Positions 25,208 through 37,490 of a stretch of DNA of 64,000 nt are shown here, in pieces. Under the pieces are notes generated by a model. The model ran no database searches and was not told the origin of the DNA. It worked only from the letters and a program-made list of their open reading frames with translations. Each line of letters begins with the position of its first letter. The first letter of the stretch is position 1. The DNA comes from Squalus acanthias. Its lineage: Eukaryota. The position numbers and the translations under genes are program-made. The stretch is taken from the NCBI GenBank assembly GCA_030390025.1, contig CM059431.1:121460001-121524000 (forward strand), in the 5' to 3' direction.

Positions 25208-25530
25208 CCTCCAGTCCTACAACCCTCCAAGAACTCTACACTCCTCCATCTCTGGCCTCTTACGCATCCCCTTCTCCCTTCGGCCGTCATTGGTGGCCGT
25301 GCCTTCAGCCATTTAGGCCCAAAGCTCTGGAATTCCCTTCCTAAACCTCTCTGCCTTTCCAACTCTCTTGCCTCCTTCAAGACCCTCCGTAAAACCTACT
25401 CCTTTGACCATGCTTTTAGTCACCCCTCCTGACATCTCTTTCAACTTTTGTTTGGCAATGCTCATATGAAGCGCCTTGGGATGTTTTCCTATGCTAAAAG
25501 CACCATATAAATGCATGTTGTTGTTATTAT
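25208..25530 (+). mobile_element. L2 LINE 3' end
   Basis: IGGRAFSHLGPKLWNSLPKPL...FKTLRKTYSFDHAF and an L2-type tail. Confidence 0.8.
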
Positions 25531-25949
25531 AATAAGGATATAATCAGAGTCGTTCTTCAGTTGTCGGCTTTCAAAGCCTGTGTCCGCTTTTTGAAGCGGC
25601 TGTTAGCGATTGCTAATTTTCTAGGGTGGCATATTTAGAGAAGGTATGGCATGTTTAATTAATTAAGAACCATGCAAATCACTGGAAGTATGAAACAAAA
25701 ACAGAAAAATGCTGGATGTACACAGCAGATCAGTTAGCAAGTGAAAAGATTAATTTGTTTCAGTTTTAACTCTTGGTCAGTATGCCTAAAACATTAACTT
25801 ATCATTTCTCTTTATACAAGATGGCCAGGATTTTCCACTGGGCTGACATCAGCCTCCAGTTACCCCAGTGGATATAGTGGGAAATTCCTCAGGAGCCGAT
25901 CCGTTGGCTCTCCACTGGTCCCCATCCCTTCCAGGATTTTCTGTCCAGT

Positions 25950-26772
25950 ATGGGCATAAGCAGATTAAATTTATACAATGATCGCCAGTATTGACAGGGG
26001 CAGGTTGGGTAAGCAGTGAGGAGGAGTTTTGGTCGGGAAACCCGGAAGTCCAGGTTTCCCCGCAAGCTGTGGAGTTTTGACTCCACACATGCGTCTTTTA
26101 TTTTCAACAGGTTCCCCGTACAGAAGTCAGCCTGGTTGACAGGCTTGGTTCCCTGTCAGGCGGGCCGCACTCCAGAGGAGGCCACAGGAGCAGGAGCTGG
26201 TAAGGAATCTACGGCTGTGTTAGTGGTGCGTGGGGGGTTGGTCCGTATCCCGGAGGTCCAATTCCCGATCCCGGGGGAGGGATCCAATCCCCGGTCCGAG
26301 GGGGTCGTCTTTAGATTGGGGGGGGGTCCGATGGCAGGGGTCACAAAGGAGGTCCGATAGCGGGGTAGGGGGGTCGTCCGATGGCAGGGAAGAAGATAAA
26401 CTTGGGGGGCTGGGAGGAAGCAATCCTGCTCCTGCTCCTCCTGGCCAGCAAGGAATGCTGTAAAGGCACTTACTTTCCCTGAAGCTCTCCTCGCCTCCTT
26501 TTCACTGCTGGGTTTCCAGAGGCCTGGGAAACCCAGCCAGCCAGGTTTAAAACTGTAATACAGGTTAAATATGAGGCTCCCAGCCTCATTATAATATTTA
26601 AATAGTCAACCGCCTCCTGGGATCGGGTGTCTGCACGCCCCCCTGTCTCACCTCCATTGAACCCGAACGTGGACAGGTTGGAGGCGGGATGGGGTTGGGT
26701 TTGAGATTTTAAAACATTTTTACATCTCACCCTACCCAATCCCACCCTTTTTTGGGGGTTTAAATTACCCCC
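25950..26772. mobile_element. Degenerate Harbinger-type MITE (GC-rich interior)
   Basis: Right end taaattaccccc, subterminal ggaggcggg motif; left end unclear. Confidence 0.45.
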
Positions 26773-26820
26773 ATAGTCTCAGTTGTCACCCACAATCATT
26801 ACTCGGTGGATGAGACATCC

Positions 26821-28015
26821 ATAAGAACATAAGAAACAGGAGCAGGAGTAGGCCAATCAGCCCCTCGAGCCTGCTCCGCCATTCAATAAGATCATGGCTG
26901 ATCCAATCTTGGCCTCAACACCACTTTCCCGCTCTCTCCCCATACCCCTTGACTCCCTTGTAGTTCAAATGTCTGTCAATCTCCGCCTTGAATATATTCA
27001 ATGACTCCACCTCCACAGCTCTCTGGGGAAGAGAATTCCAAAGGTTCACGACCCTCTGAGAGAAGAAATTCCTCCTCATCTCCGTCTTAAATGGGTGACC
27101 CCTTATTCTGAAACTATGCCCCCTAGTTCTAGATATCCCCACTAGGCGTAACATCCTCTCAGCATCCACCCTGTTAATCCCCCTCAGAATCTTATATGTT
27201 TCAATAAGATCACCTCTCATTCTTCTAAACTCCAATGAATATAGGCCCAATCTGCTCAACCTTTCGTCATACGTCAACCCCTTCATCCCAGGAATCAACC
27301 TAGTGAACCTTCTCTGCACTGCCTCCAATGCAAGTATATCCTTCCTTAAATATGGAGACCAAAACTGTATGCAGTACTCCAGGTGCGGTCCCACCAGCAC
27401 CTGTAAAGGTGCATCGAAACTTCCCTACTTTTATACTCCATACCCCTTGCAATAAAGGCCAACATTCCATTAGCCTTCCCAATTATTGCTGTACATGCAT
27501 GTTAACTTTTTGTGTTTCGTGTACAAGGACCCCCAGATCTCTTTGTACCGCAGCATTTTGTAGTCTCACTCCATTTAAATAATAATTTGCTTTTTCATTC
27601 TTCCTTCCAAAGTGGATAACCTCACATTTTCCCACATTATACTCCATCTGCCAAATTTTTGCCCACTCACTGAACCTATCTATATCTCTTTGCAGACTCT
27701 TTGTGTCCTCCTCACAACTTGCTAACCCACCTATCTTTGTATCATCAGCAAATTTGGCTACAGTTAACTTGGTCCCTTCATCCAAGTCTTTAATATAGAT
27801 TGTAAATAGTTGAGGCCCCAGCACTGATCCCTGTGGCACCCCACTAGTTACTGATTCCCAACTGGAAAATGACCCATTTATCCCGACTCTCTGTTTTCTG
27901 TTAGTTAGCCAATCCCCTATCCATGCCAATATATTACCCCCAACCCCGTGCGCTCTTATCTTGTGCAGTAACCTTTTATGTGGCACCTTATCGAATGTCT
28001 TCTGGAAATCCAAAT
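26821..28015 (-). mobile_element. 5'-truncated CR1 LINE (RT C-half plus 3' UTR)
   Basis: ORFs 27483-28019 and 26915-27400: DFQKTFDKVPH, VPQGSVLGP, FADD, HLEYCIQFW, WNSLP; tail (cttatgtt)n. Confidence 0.92.
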
Positions 28016-28060
28016 CCAATGATTTTTAACGTGTCAATAGCTTTGCACTGCAGAGTAAAT

Positions 28061-28064
<4 letters not shown>

Positions 28065-28104
<40 letters not shown>
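28065..28104. repeat. (AT)n microsatellite
   Basis: About 20 AT units. Confidence 0.95.
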
Positions 28105-28108
<4 letters not shown>

Positions 28109-29717
28109 CTCAGATATATATATATCAGATATAATGATTTCCCCAATGTTTTGAGATTACTTAACGGATGAATTTAAATGTAATCCCGAAGGTTCTGGAA
28201 TGGTGATTTACATTCCAGGAAGTGTAGGATCACATTCTCCAGGAGGAAAGAAGAGCACTAATGGAGCAGCGTCTGTGTAACACTGTTTACTCACAGGAAT
28301 GGTGAAACATTATTGATTTCAAACCTCCGATTATAATAGCCACTTAGATTCTCCATAAAATACGTCAATATTGGAGCTTCAGTTGTCAGGCATTGTTACT
28401 TTTTTGGGCTCTCTTTCAGATTTTTACAAATTATTATTTTGCTTGTGCTTTACGATAGACTATGGGGTCCGAAATTTAACATTGTTGCACCTGTTTTCCA
28501 GGCAGGAAACAGGCGCAAGGGTAACCAATTTAGCAGGGCAGAGGCCTGCGCCCAATCTGCATGGGCATTCGCCCACTGCTAAATTGGTTGGAACTTTTTA
28601 TTTCAGCGGTTCCCTGAAATAAATGCAGGACTTATTTCAATATTGAAATGAGGCTCCTGCACCCATTTCTGACTTGGATGTCTAAATTTGTTTAAACTAG
28701 CCCTGAATGAAAGAAAGAGAGAGAGAGATGCAAAAAAAGACTAAATCAAAAGAGAAAGAGGGAAAAGCAAGTATGTGTGAAAAAGAGTCTTCCTGGACAG
28801 AACTTGAACAGTTATCAAATAACTAACTGGCAAACTCATAAATCACAGTGTTTGCATCCTGCAATAATTTTGTCTAGACCTTGAAAAGCAAGGGAAATGT
28901 TTTATTGTACAAGTGTCTGTCAGTTATTAGTTTACAATTATTTTATAGTAAATGATATGACAAAGAGATATGAGCGGTGTTGTCCAAGTCAACTGGAAAT
29001 GCCCATAGTGATCAATAGAACTGTTATAAATGTACCCAGTGTCCCTCAGCCTGTTATTGCACATTTCATCTTGTTATGTGAAAGAGACTGAGAGATATCT
29101 GAAGGATCATTGAACAACAGCCATCTCAATTAACTCTTGAGAAAAATGGTGGCCTTGAGGCAGACTAAGTACTCCAGCTTGTCACAGTTCCTGTTTTGTA
29201 ACGAAGGCAAAGGACAAAATGTTTTCATGATTTACAATCTTTTCAAAAGTTTGTTGAAAAACTAAAATAATTCTTTGCTTCCTAAGTTACTAAAACTATC
29301 TGTGACAATACTTAAAGGGCCATGAACCCTGTGTACATGCATTTTGCAATGATCTGAGGGTGAAAGCTACTTGGTAAACAGGACCTGCTATTGTTTCTAT
29401 TGTGGTCCAGGACTGTTCTATACTCATTTTGTAAGTTTTTATAGAATGCTGGAACAGTGATAATAAACCAAAAGCAATTCATGGATACACAAGGCAAGCA
29501 CATTATGGTTAATTTACAATTCCGCCACTGCAACTTAGTTTGTGCTCCCACCCCAGGCCTCACAAGGAAGCCTTTGGCATTCCCAGTCCAGATCACAGCC
29601 CCGATCTTTGACGTGCCCCCCTCTCCTGATCGCGGTTCGATCTATCACGCTTCCCCCACCATCCCGATCGCGGCTCTGATCTTTTACGCTCCCCACACTC
29701 CCGATAACTGATTCCAT

Positions 29718-30488
29718 GGGGGCGATTTTGACAGCCCTGGGGAGACGGGTTTGGAGGCGGGACTGCCGGGAAAATGGCAGAAACTGGGAGCGGGTACCCA
29801 TCCCACTCCCAACCCGCCTCCGTGCCATCTTCCCAGGTGGCGGGTACCCGACCCACGCCGGGTCCCGTCTCCTCGAGGCGGGAAGGGGATTACAGCCACT
29901 TAACTGCCTGTTAACAAGTAGTTAACAGGCAGTTAAGAGGATTATCCCCATTTTTCCAACAGAAGTGCGGGCTTCCCGATGGCTGCGAACCTCACCAGGG
30001 TCAGCGAGGCAAGCAGTGGGTCTGCGGGGGTGAGAGGGGTCGAAAAGTGCACTGTGGAGGTGAGTGATGGGTGCAAGTGTGGACAGGTAAGTATGTGAGG
30101 TGAGTGAAAAGTGTTAAAAAAAGTTTCCTTACCTTTGTTTCTTCCTGCAGGCTTCAATCGTTTGGGATCCAAGGGCTCCGGCATCTCCACGGCAGAGATG
30201 ACAGAATGGCTGCTGCATTCTCCGATGCAACAGCCATCTGCTTTCTGCTCAGGAAATAGGTTTGGTGAGTCTTGAGTACAAGAACTCACCAAACAACAGA
30301 GATTGTCAGTGTTTGACAGCTTCTCTGTCACCGGCTTTCCCTTAATTGGCCTGCTAAACCCGCAGGGCGGGCTTTACAAGGTTAATCAAGGGAAAATAGC
30401 GTGGGTTGGCCAAACGTCGATGGAGGCGGGACTGAAACCGACAAGCAGCAGTCTCGCCTCTAACACGCCCCCATTGATAAAATTCCCC
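29718..30488 (-). mobile_element. MITE family A copy 4 (diverged, internal deletion), nested in an older MITE (~29545-30824)
   Basis: Reverse complement of 366-1204, TSD CAT; the host ends taaaatcggggcc at 30824. Confidence 0.8.
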
Positions 30489-31559
30489 CATATTTCACAC
30501 TCCCCACCCTCCCGATCACGGCTCCGATCTTTCATATTCCCCGCCCCCCCCCCACATTTGAGACCCAGAGCATCCACTCCACTACTGACTGCCATGGACC
30601 ATTCCCATGGGTCCCCAACTGTGACCTCCTGCCACGAATTTACCTCCCACCCGCTGGACACGCAGTCAATGTGGCCGCCTGTTAGGCGGGAGTCTGTAGT
30701 GATTCATTTAAATAAGGCCCTGCTGTTAAGATTGGCAGGGCCTCCATGCTCCCGGACGTGCCGGGTTCTTTGCCCTTTACCATGCTCCCCGCACCTTCCC
30801 CACCTCTCCATTAAAATCGGGGCCATCGAGCTGCAGACCACTCATGCTGCAGGTTTAGTGCTGCAGCAAAGCAGTTTCCACTTCACATCAATGCTTAAGT
30901 TATAGTATTAATCTGGAGTCCAATCGAGAATTTGTGAGAGGCTTCCTGGAGGGGATAGCATCACACTGCTTGGATTTAACACCACACTGGAGTTATGCTC
31001 GATGCGGGTTTCAAAACATTGTTTTAAAATTGACCAATGGGTCCTTTGGACCTGCTGGACAATGTTTAAAACCTACCTACGGTTAATCTAGATACACAGA
31101 CTGTACAGACACTGCTGTTTGTACACTCTACATATTTCAATTTTGATTGCTGTGAGCGATGCTGTGTGCAGGTGTATAACCACTTATGTGCAGAGCTCTC
31201 TCCTGGTCATCAGTGTTCCAGGCAGGCAGTGTAAATGGGGCACTGTTCGGCTGGGCCTCATATTCCAGGTACCAGGCTGATGCTGATAGCTGCAGTATAA
31301 AGGCAGTATTAGACAGACTGGGTGAAATGTTCTGCTTTGGCAGAATCCCAGTGGAATTTCTGCAAGACAGCAGTTCCACCAGCCCCTCTGCTCGGCCCCT
31401 GACCCTGGCTGATTCAGTAATCTTCCGGCAGGATTCCTGCCTCCATCGGAGAGCAAGGGAGGGGGTGCTGAAGGGTAATGGCTATGGCTGCACACGAGTG
31501 AAAAACTGTTCATGTGCTTGGAATGGGGTTGCAGACAAATTGGGGGTAATTTTTGACTC

Positions 31560-32336
31560 TGGGCGATTATGTAAAATGGGCGATTTTGATCATCTCTCCT
31601 GATGACTTTAATTAAAATGGATTGGGAAAGATGTATAACAGACGGCTGAATCAATATCGCCTGTTTAACACTATTGTCCAAAATCCCAAAGACTCCGATT
31701 ATGACTGCCCCAGCTTGGTGGAAATCGGACGGAGGACAGTTAAAATGAGGACAGAGAATTACTCTGTTTCTCTCTCCACAGTTGCTGTCTGAACTGCTGA
31801 GTGTTTCCAGCATTTTCTGTTTTTATTTCAGAGAATTACTCTCCTTGACCTTGCAGCCTTCCTGCCATGTCCCGATTTTAACCTGCTCTTTTGAGCAATT
31901 AATGTCAGAGGCCTGAACGGGGTAGCAGTGACGGCTCACATGTCAGGCCATACCTTCCAGGAGGGGGGTCATGGGCCAGAAAAGGCCCAACGGGTAAGTG
32001 TTAAAAATGTTATTTTTGGTTTCCTTGTGGGCCAGGAATGCTCCTCCAGGTCTCAGAAGGAAGCCTTGGGCCTGTCTTGCCCCAGGCTCCCCTCTCTCCC
32101 TGATTGTGACCAGAGTCCCCTTGAATTGGCCTCCAGCTCCCAAACTGCCAGCCCATCCCGCCGGCCAGGTAGTGGATCCACTACCTAGCCGGTTTCAGGC
32201 GGGACTCCAGAAAAATATATGTAAATAAGGCCCGGCCGTTAAGATTGGCTGGCCCTCCACATCCCCTGACTCCCCAGGTGCTGTCGTGCATCATGCTCAC
32301 CCATGCACTCCCCCCCCCACTTTAAAATTGAGACCT
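31560..32336. mobile_element. Degenerate Harbinger-type MITE related to the 29545-30824 host
   Basis: Left end gggcgattttgatc, right end taaaattgagacc; shares aaataaggccc..gttaagattggc with 30711-30736. Confidence 0.5.
31766..31828 (+). mobile_element. 63-bp Penelope-like terminal fragment with a long TSD
   Basis: Flanked by direct repeat CAGAGAATTACTCT (31752-31765, 31829-31842); same sequence as the 13170-13235 end. Confidence 0.65.
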
Positions 32337-32973
32337 AAGAGTTGACATTGATGACATTGATAAGATGAATAACATTGTGTAAACCATTACAACCAGTTGC
32401 TTATCATAAGCAGTGCATTAGCCTGCATCCAATCAAGTTACTTCATGTATGAAATCCGGACTGTTATGTTTCATTAAAATTGGTTTCCCTTTGCACAACA
32501 AAAATAAATATCAATGTATACTAAGTATTACTTATGTTGATGGTAAAGTGTGAGAACACGACACAATTAATAATTCCATTTTTTCCTTTGCTATTACATC
32601 CATCTTTAATTGAACCACTCAGTCAAGCAGATTATTAGTCGATCAAAACTAATTGGCATAAAGTTAATTAACTATTCTAGAAATTGATCGATGCTTTACC
32701 TCTATGAACTATCTTGAATTAATGTGGGCTCATACCTTAGTGAACATTAATCTACTGGTTTAATGCTTTTTTATTGTAATTATCTTTCTGATTCTAGACC
32801 ACGTATCCTTTGATGGAGATGCTTTAAGAATATAATAAGAATGTATAACTAATTTGTATGCACCTTTCATCAACTGATTGACACGCACATTGTTTCATTA
32901 CAATCAGTTGTTATTTACACAACAAACAAAACTATCAATGTAAACCAAGTATTGCTCTCGCTCATATTAAAGT

Positions 32974-33098
32974 CATGATGTGGAGATGCCGGCGTTGGAC
33001 TGGGGTGGACAAAAATGAGAAGTCGCACAACACCAGGTTATAGTCCAATAGTAAAATTAAATAAATCTGTTGGACTATAATCTGGTGTTGTGCGTCTT
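32974..33098. mobile_element. Miniature Penelope-like insertion made of an inverted terminal pair
   Basis: ~37-bp inverted repeat atgagaagtcgcacaacaccaggttatagtccaatag / ctgttggactataatctggtgttgtgcgtcttctcat; flanking direct repeat CTCATATTAAAGT. Confidence 0.6.
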
Positions 33099-33491
33099 CT
33101 CATATTAAAGTGTGAGGGATATACAATTAATAATGTATTTATTTAATATTTTATCTTTGCTATCACATCCATCATTACTTGAACCACTTGCTCAGGTAGA
33201 TTATTATTCTGCTTATGTCTGTTGTACAAATGAAAACCAATTGAAATGATTGATTAATGTACAAAATGAACGCAGGCAGAGTCAGCCCTTCCAAAACCTT
33301 GTTCTGAATGTGATTTTATTCTTCTGGACAGGTATTTTGGCTACAATTCTTAAAATATTTTCCAAATTATTGCAAGTTGCATATGTCCTGCAACCACCAT
33401 GAAAGTTTATTTTAAAACCAATGGATTTGCACATGGAAAGTCAGAGCAATGAAAATTTCCAGCAGAGTGTATTTGTGACTGTAGAATCAAT

Positions 33492-34160
33492 GGGCCGGAT
33501 TTTGCTGGAGTGGGGCATCTCGTGGCGTGCCATGTTAGCTAGACTATTATCTGCATCCTTCAGCTCAAAAATGTTTAGGCACCGTAACTTGCTGGAAGTG
33601 CGAGCTGCTAATAGTGCAGTGAGTGCAATGGGACATCTGGGACCTTAGTGAACGGTGGGATCAACAGTGTATCTCCTTAACCAATGAGATTTGAGGGTTG
33701 AGAAAAAAACAGAGGAATGACTGAGAAGGAGGGTGAATTCGAGTGGGTGAATTCAATGTCAAATCAGGTACAGAAAGAGAAATATAGAGAGGGAAAGAAA
33801 GATTGGATTAAGAGAGGGAGAAAAAAGAGACAGAAAGAAAAAGTAAGAAAAGCATTTTTAAAATTTAAATTTGACATTTTTAAAATCTCTCAGAATAATT
33901 TACCACCTGAAGGAATGAGACACTACAGTTTAAATTGTTCAATTTCTGGGACAAAGAGGTTGATTGGCATTGCATTAACAATTGTCACGTTGTTAAAAAG
34001 GTATTATGCTATTAATTACCAGGCTTAACTTTCCGTGGCGAGTTTAATGGGCAATTGATGTGAAAATCCAGCAAGTTCTTAAAAATAACGTGGAGGCTCA
34101 GGGCAAGATGCCGTTTGTGAGAAGCAAATGGCAGAGCAGCGTAAATCGACCAGCAAGTAC
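33492..34160. mobile_element. Degenerate Harbinger-type MITE fragment
   Basis: Starts GGGCCGGATTTTGC; right end replaced by a CR1 tail. Confidence 0.45.
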
Positions 34161-34163
34161 GGC

Positions 34164-35870
34164 TTCCACCATCCAATCAGGCAGTGCATTCCAGATCATA
34201 ACAACATGCTGCGTAAAAAAAATGTTCATCATCTCCACTCTGGCTCTTTTGCCATTACCTTAAATCTGTGTCCTCTGGTTACCGACCCACCCACCAATGG
34301 AAACAGTTTCTCCTTATTTACTCTGTCCAAACCTATTGTAAGTTTGAACAGGTCTATTCAACCTCCCCTTAACCTGAAGGGATAATTACAAGTCCTAGCC
34401 CTTTTCAGGCTACCCCAGATCAGGCGTATTCCCCAGATGTTTACCTTCAACTAAAGTTAGCGGTAGCCGAATTCTGGAGACGCTTAATTGGGTCTAAAGT
34501 TTCAGACTATCTCTCCCTAAAGGAAAGGAATGGCCTGAAGATGTTACTGTCCTCCGGATAGCACTTTTAACAAGTTTAACTAGACTGTAACCTTCCGGAT
34601 ATTATGAGGGTCTGGAAACCCCCCCAGAATTCTGCAACTCCTCACTGAAGAGTGTACAGAAATTGAGTTTGTGAGATTGATACAGAAATACTCTTTGAGA
34701 CAATTTTTAAAATATATAGATTTATTAAAGAACCAACATCTAGTTAAGAGCTGGTATGGCAATCACAACTTTAACCGTTCAAAATTCAAATAGCTTACAT
34801 TTCTTATCAGAGATCCTTATTCTCAAATCTTAACTTCGTTACATTTCCACACTTCTACTTATTTCTTAATCCAGAATATCCACTAAAATCAAATACCTTG
34901 ATTACCTGAGACTCAGAGTTAAAAACTTACAGAGCGTGCCTGTGAAGTTGAGAAAAGCTTGCCCTTCCAGCGACTTCTGACTCTCTATCTGAAAAGCTCT
35001 ATTTTTATACCTTTTTTTAGTGGTATTTTCTTTGAAGTTTCCTGCTGATGTAAACTAATTATCTCTAGTGATACTCTATTGAATTATTTTCTATTCTTAT
35101 TGTCATTTCAGCTGCCAACTTTTAGAATTCTGTCTCTACCTTTAGGTGTTTCAAAAACTATCATAAAATGGTTATTACAGATTTATCTTTTGATGCTATT
35201 CTTAGGAAGTCTTTCTATTGAATTCTTAATATCACTTAACTGCTTGTAAGCCAGACGTCGTGACTCCGTGGTGTTCCAAGTTTAACACATAAACAATGTG
35301 ATTGCTTGGTGTCATCTATTGATATATTTTCAAAGCCTCTCTGTAGGTATATTTTACAATATATAAATCAAAACCACTTCTCTTAGGGTGTTTACTTATT
35401 TTCTTGCTATCTCAATTGGTTGCATATTTAATCGTGTTTCCTGTCTTATTTGATGTTACTTTATGAAGGCATATGGTTGTTTTACTGTTCTGTGCACCTG
35501 TTCGATGTGTTAGATTTTGACACTTTACCTAGGCATTGCTATTGTTTTGTTCCAAACTCCAGACCTGGAAGCGCCAATGGTTTGCTTCAATAGGGGCATT
35601 GTTTCTGTATTTACAAACCAATTCCCATTTCAAAGCTTGTGGTGTTTTATAGCTTTTGTTAACACTTCACCTTATCTCAGAAGCCTGTATTGTATTTGCA
35701 GCCTGTGTCGCCGAGGCTTTCCAGACTTTTAAACCCAGTATGTCTTGTATTAATAATATCAAAATCTGTTCATAGGATGATGTATTTCTTGGAATATGGC
35801 TTATTCCATTACAAACCTTCTCTGCTCTGAGGAGAACAATCCCAGCTTCTCTAGTCTCAACACATAACAT
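34164..35870 (-). mobile_element. CR1 3' fragment split by solo LTR family 2
   Basis: Flanks rejoin as cccttaacc-ttctctgctctgaggagaacaatcccagc, as in the CR1 at 48070. Confidence 0.75.
34375..35813 (-). mobile_element. Solo LTR family 2 (1439 bp, AT-rich)
   Basis: TG...CA ends (TGAAGGGATAA / TTATTCCATTACA), 4-bp TSD AACC, clean interruption of a CR1; minus-strand TATAAAAA at ~35005 and AATAAA at ~34723. Confidence 0.75.
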
Positions 35871-37040
35871 TGCTTCCTAGGTTTGTGGATTTGCAACTTC
35901 TGGAGCTAATGACGCTACAATTAGTGGTAGAAATGTAAAGCAGCAGATAGGATTGTGTGTCACATAATGGTGATATTCAAATAAGGAGTACGTGATATAC
36001 ATAACAAATTTAATACGATATGGATGTACAGGTGGTACTGAGCTACACAGACCAGAAAGGTCCCTGTCTGTGCTAAGCTAACTGGTTTCAGCAGGAGTGG
36101 CAGTAGACACAATACAATTGGCCTCAGTGCCCCTGGGCCAGCGAGTGGAAAATTGGCAATGGTTTCCATTCCACATGATTATGCAGTAATAGAAAGTGCA
36201 TGTGTGTGTGGTCATAGGGTGACCCTGTCCTATTAAATATAAAAAAAGTTACTTGAGTGAGGAGCCAGTGGGCAGCTGGAAACAAGGAATTATATCCCAG
36301 TATGGATCAGTGCCTTTAGTATAGGGGGGGCAAAGAGAACCAGGTTTGTGCACAAAGAAACACTTCTGATCATCCATCATTTAAAAAATATCCTGGAAAC
36401 ATGTGCTGGAACATTTGATACAAACCCATGTATAATCTACAAAATACAGTGTAACACTGGACCAGTCCCATTGATTCCCTATGAGACGTAGTGCTCTCCG
36501 GCCAGTATATGGCCTTAGAAATGGGTAAGTGAGTTTAGCGCCAGGTGCAGGGAACTATATTACATGATGCACAGGAAGCGGCTTTGTTAGAAAAGAGGAA
36601 AACAGTACTTGATTTCTAGCCCTGGTTTTCAAAATCTGGCTCTTAATTTATTCACATTGAGGTAAAATCTATTAAATAACACATCTTCTATTTGGAAGCT
36701 TAAAAATATATCAAATGGTACAAAAGACTAAAATAAAATCTCTGCCAAACAGTAGCCAAAATATTTTTTTAAGATCAGTATTCCATAAAAGCAGAAAAAG
36801 TCTGCACCGTATTTCTTGAATTGCCTCTAAAAAACAGGCATGACAAAGGCACATATCTTTTATCATGATGTAACTCTAAAATCACTTTATCCCTTCACAA
36901 CAAAGGATAAATAGGAATCTTTGGCTTCGCCCCCTTTTATTCCTCCCTTCATTTCCTGATTCTAACAGCAGCCTTCTCTGTATGCCTGAGTCGATCTATA
37001 TATTTCCTAATGGGCTTCAAAGATCCACCTTTTGCCCACT

Positions 37041-37490
37041 GGGGGAATTTTAATCAAAATAAAAATGGGTGTGTTGGGGGCATGGGGCAGTTAAAATGTT
37101 AAAAACGTGAAACCCGACCTGAACCTGCCTCCAACCCGCCCACTTCCGGAACCGGGACGGGACGGGGGCGGGGCGGGACTCTGGGTGGTGTGTAGGAGGC
37201 GCGGCGGGAAGCCAATCCACTGCCAGCAGGCCAGTCGTCTATTTAAATATTATAATGAGGCGTAAAGCCTCTTCTTTAACCTCCACTTTGTCTTTAACTT
37301 TAGCTGGTCGGGCTTTGCACACCTCGTGAAACCCGACAGCTAATGCAACGTAAGGACTGCTGCATCCTGGAATGTCTTTACACTTACCTCCAGAATCCAG
37401 GCTCCCTGCCTAACTCACCCCCCATGATCGTAGACCCCCCCACAACGAGGCCTCCGATCAGCACCCCCCCCACACCCAGGCCTCTGATTT
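37041..37490. mobile_element. Harbinger-type MITE left fragment
   Basis: GGGGGAATTTTAA start; related to 26470-26772 in reverse. Confidence 0.45.

Noticed and set aside
29120..29190. Minus-strand peptide NCDKLEYLVCLKATIFLKS after an acceptor-like acag, reminiscent of the nuclear-receptor EY.CLKAI.L motif
   Set aside because: Spacing is off by one residue, a stop follows at once, and no other receptor exons are visible; likely chance
31075..31290. Minus-strand exon-like segment (tttatactgcag ... gtag|gtaggt)
   Set aside because: All three frames stop inside it and no product is recognisable; a non-coding exon cannot be excluded
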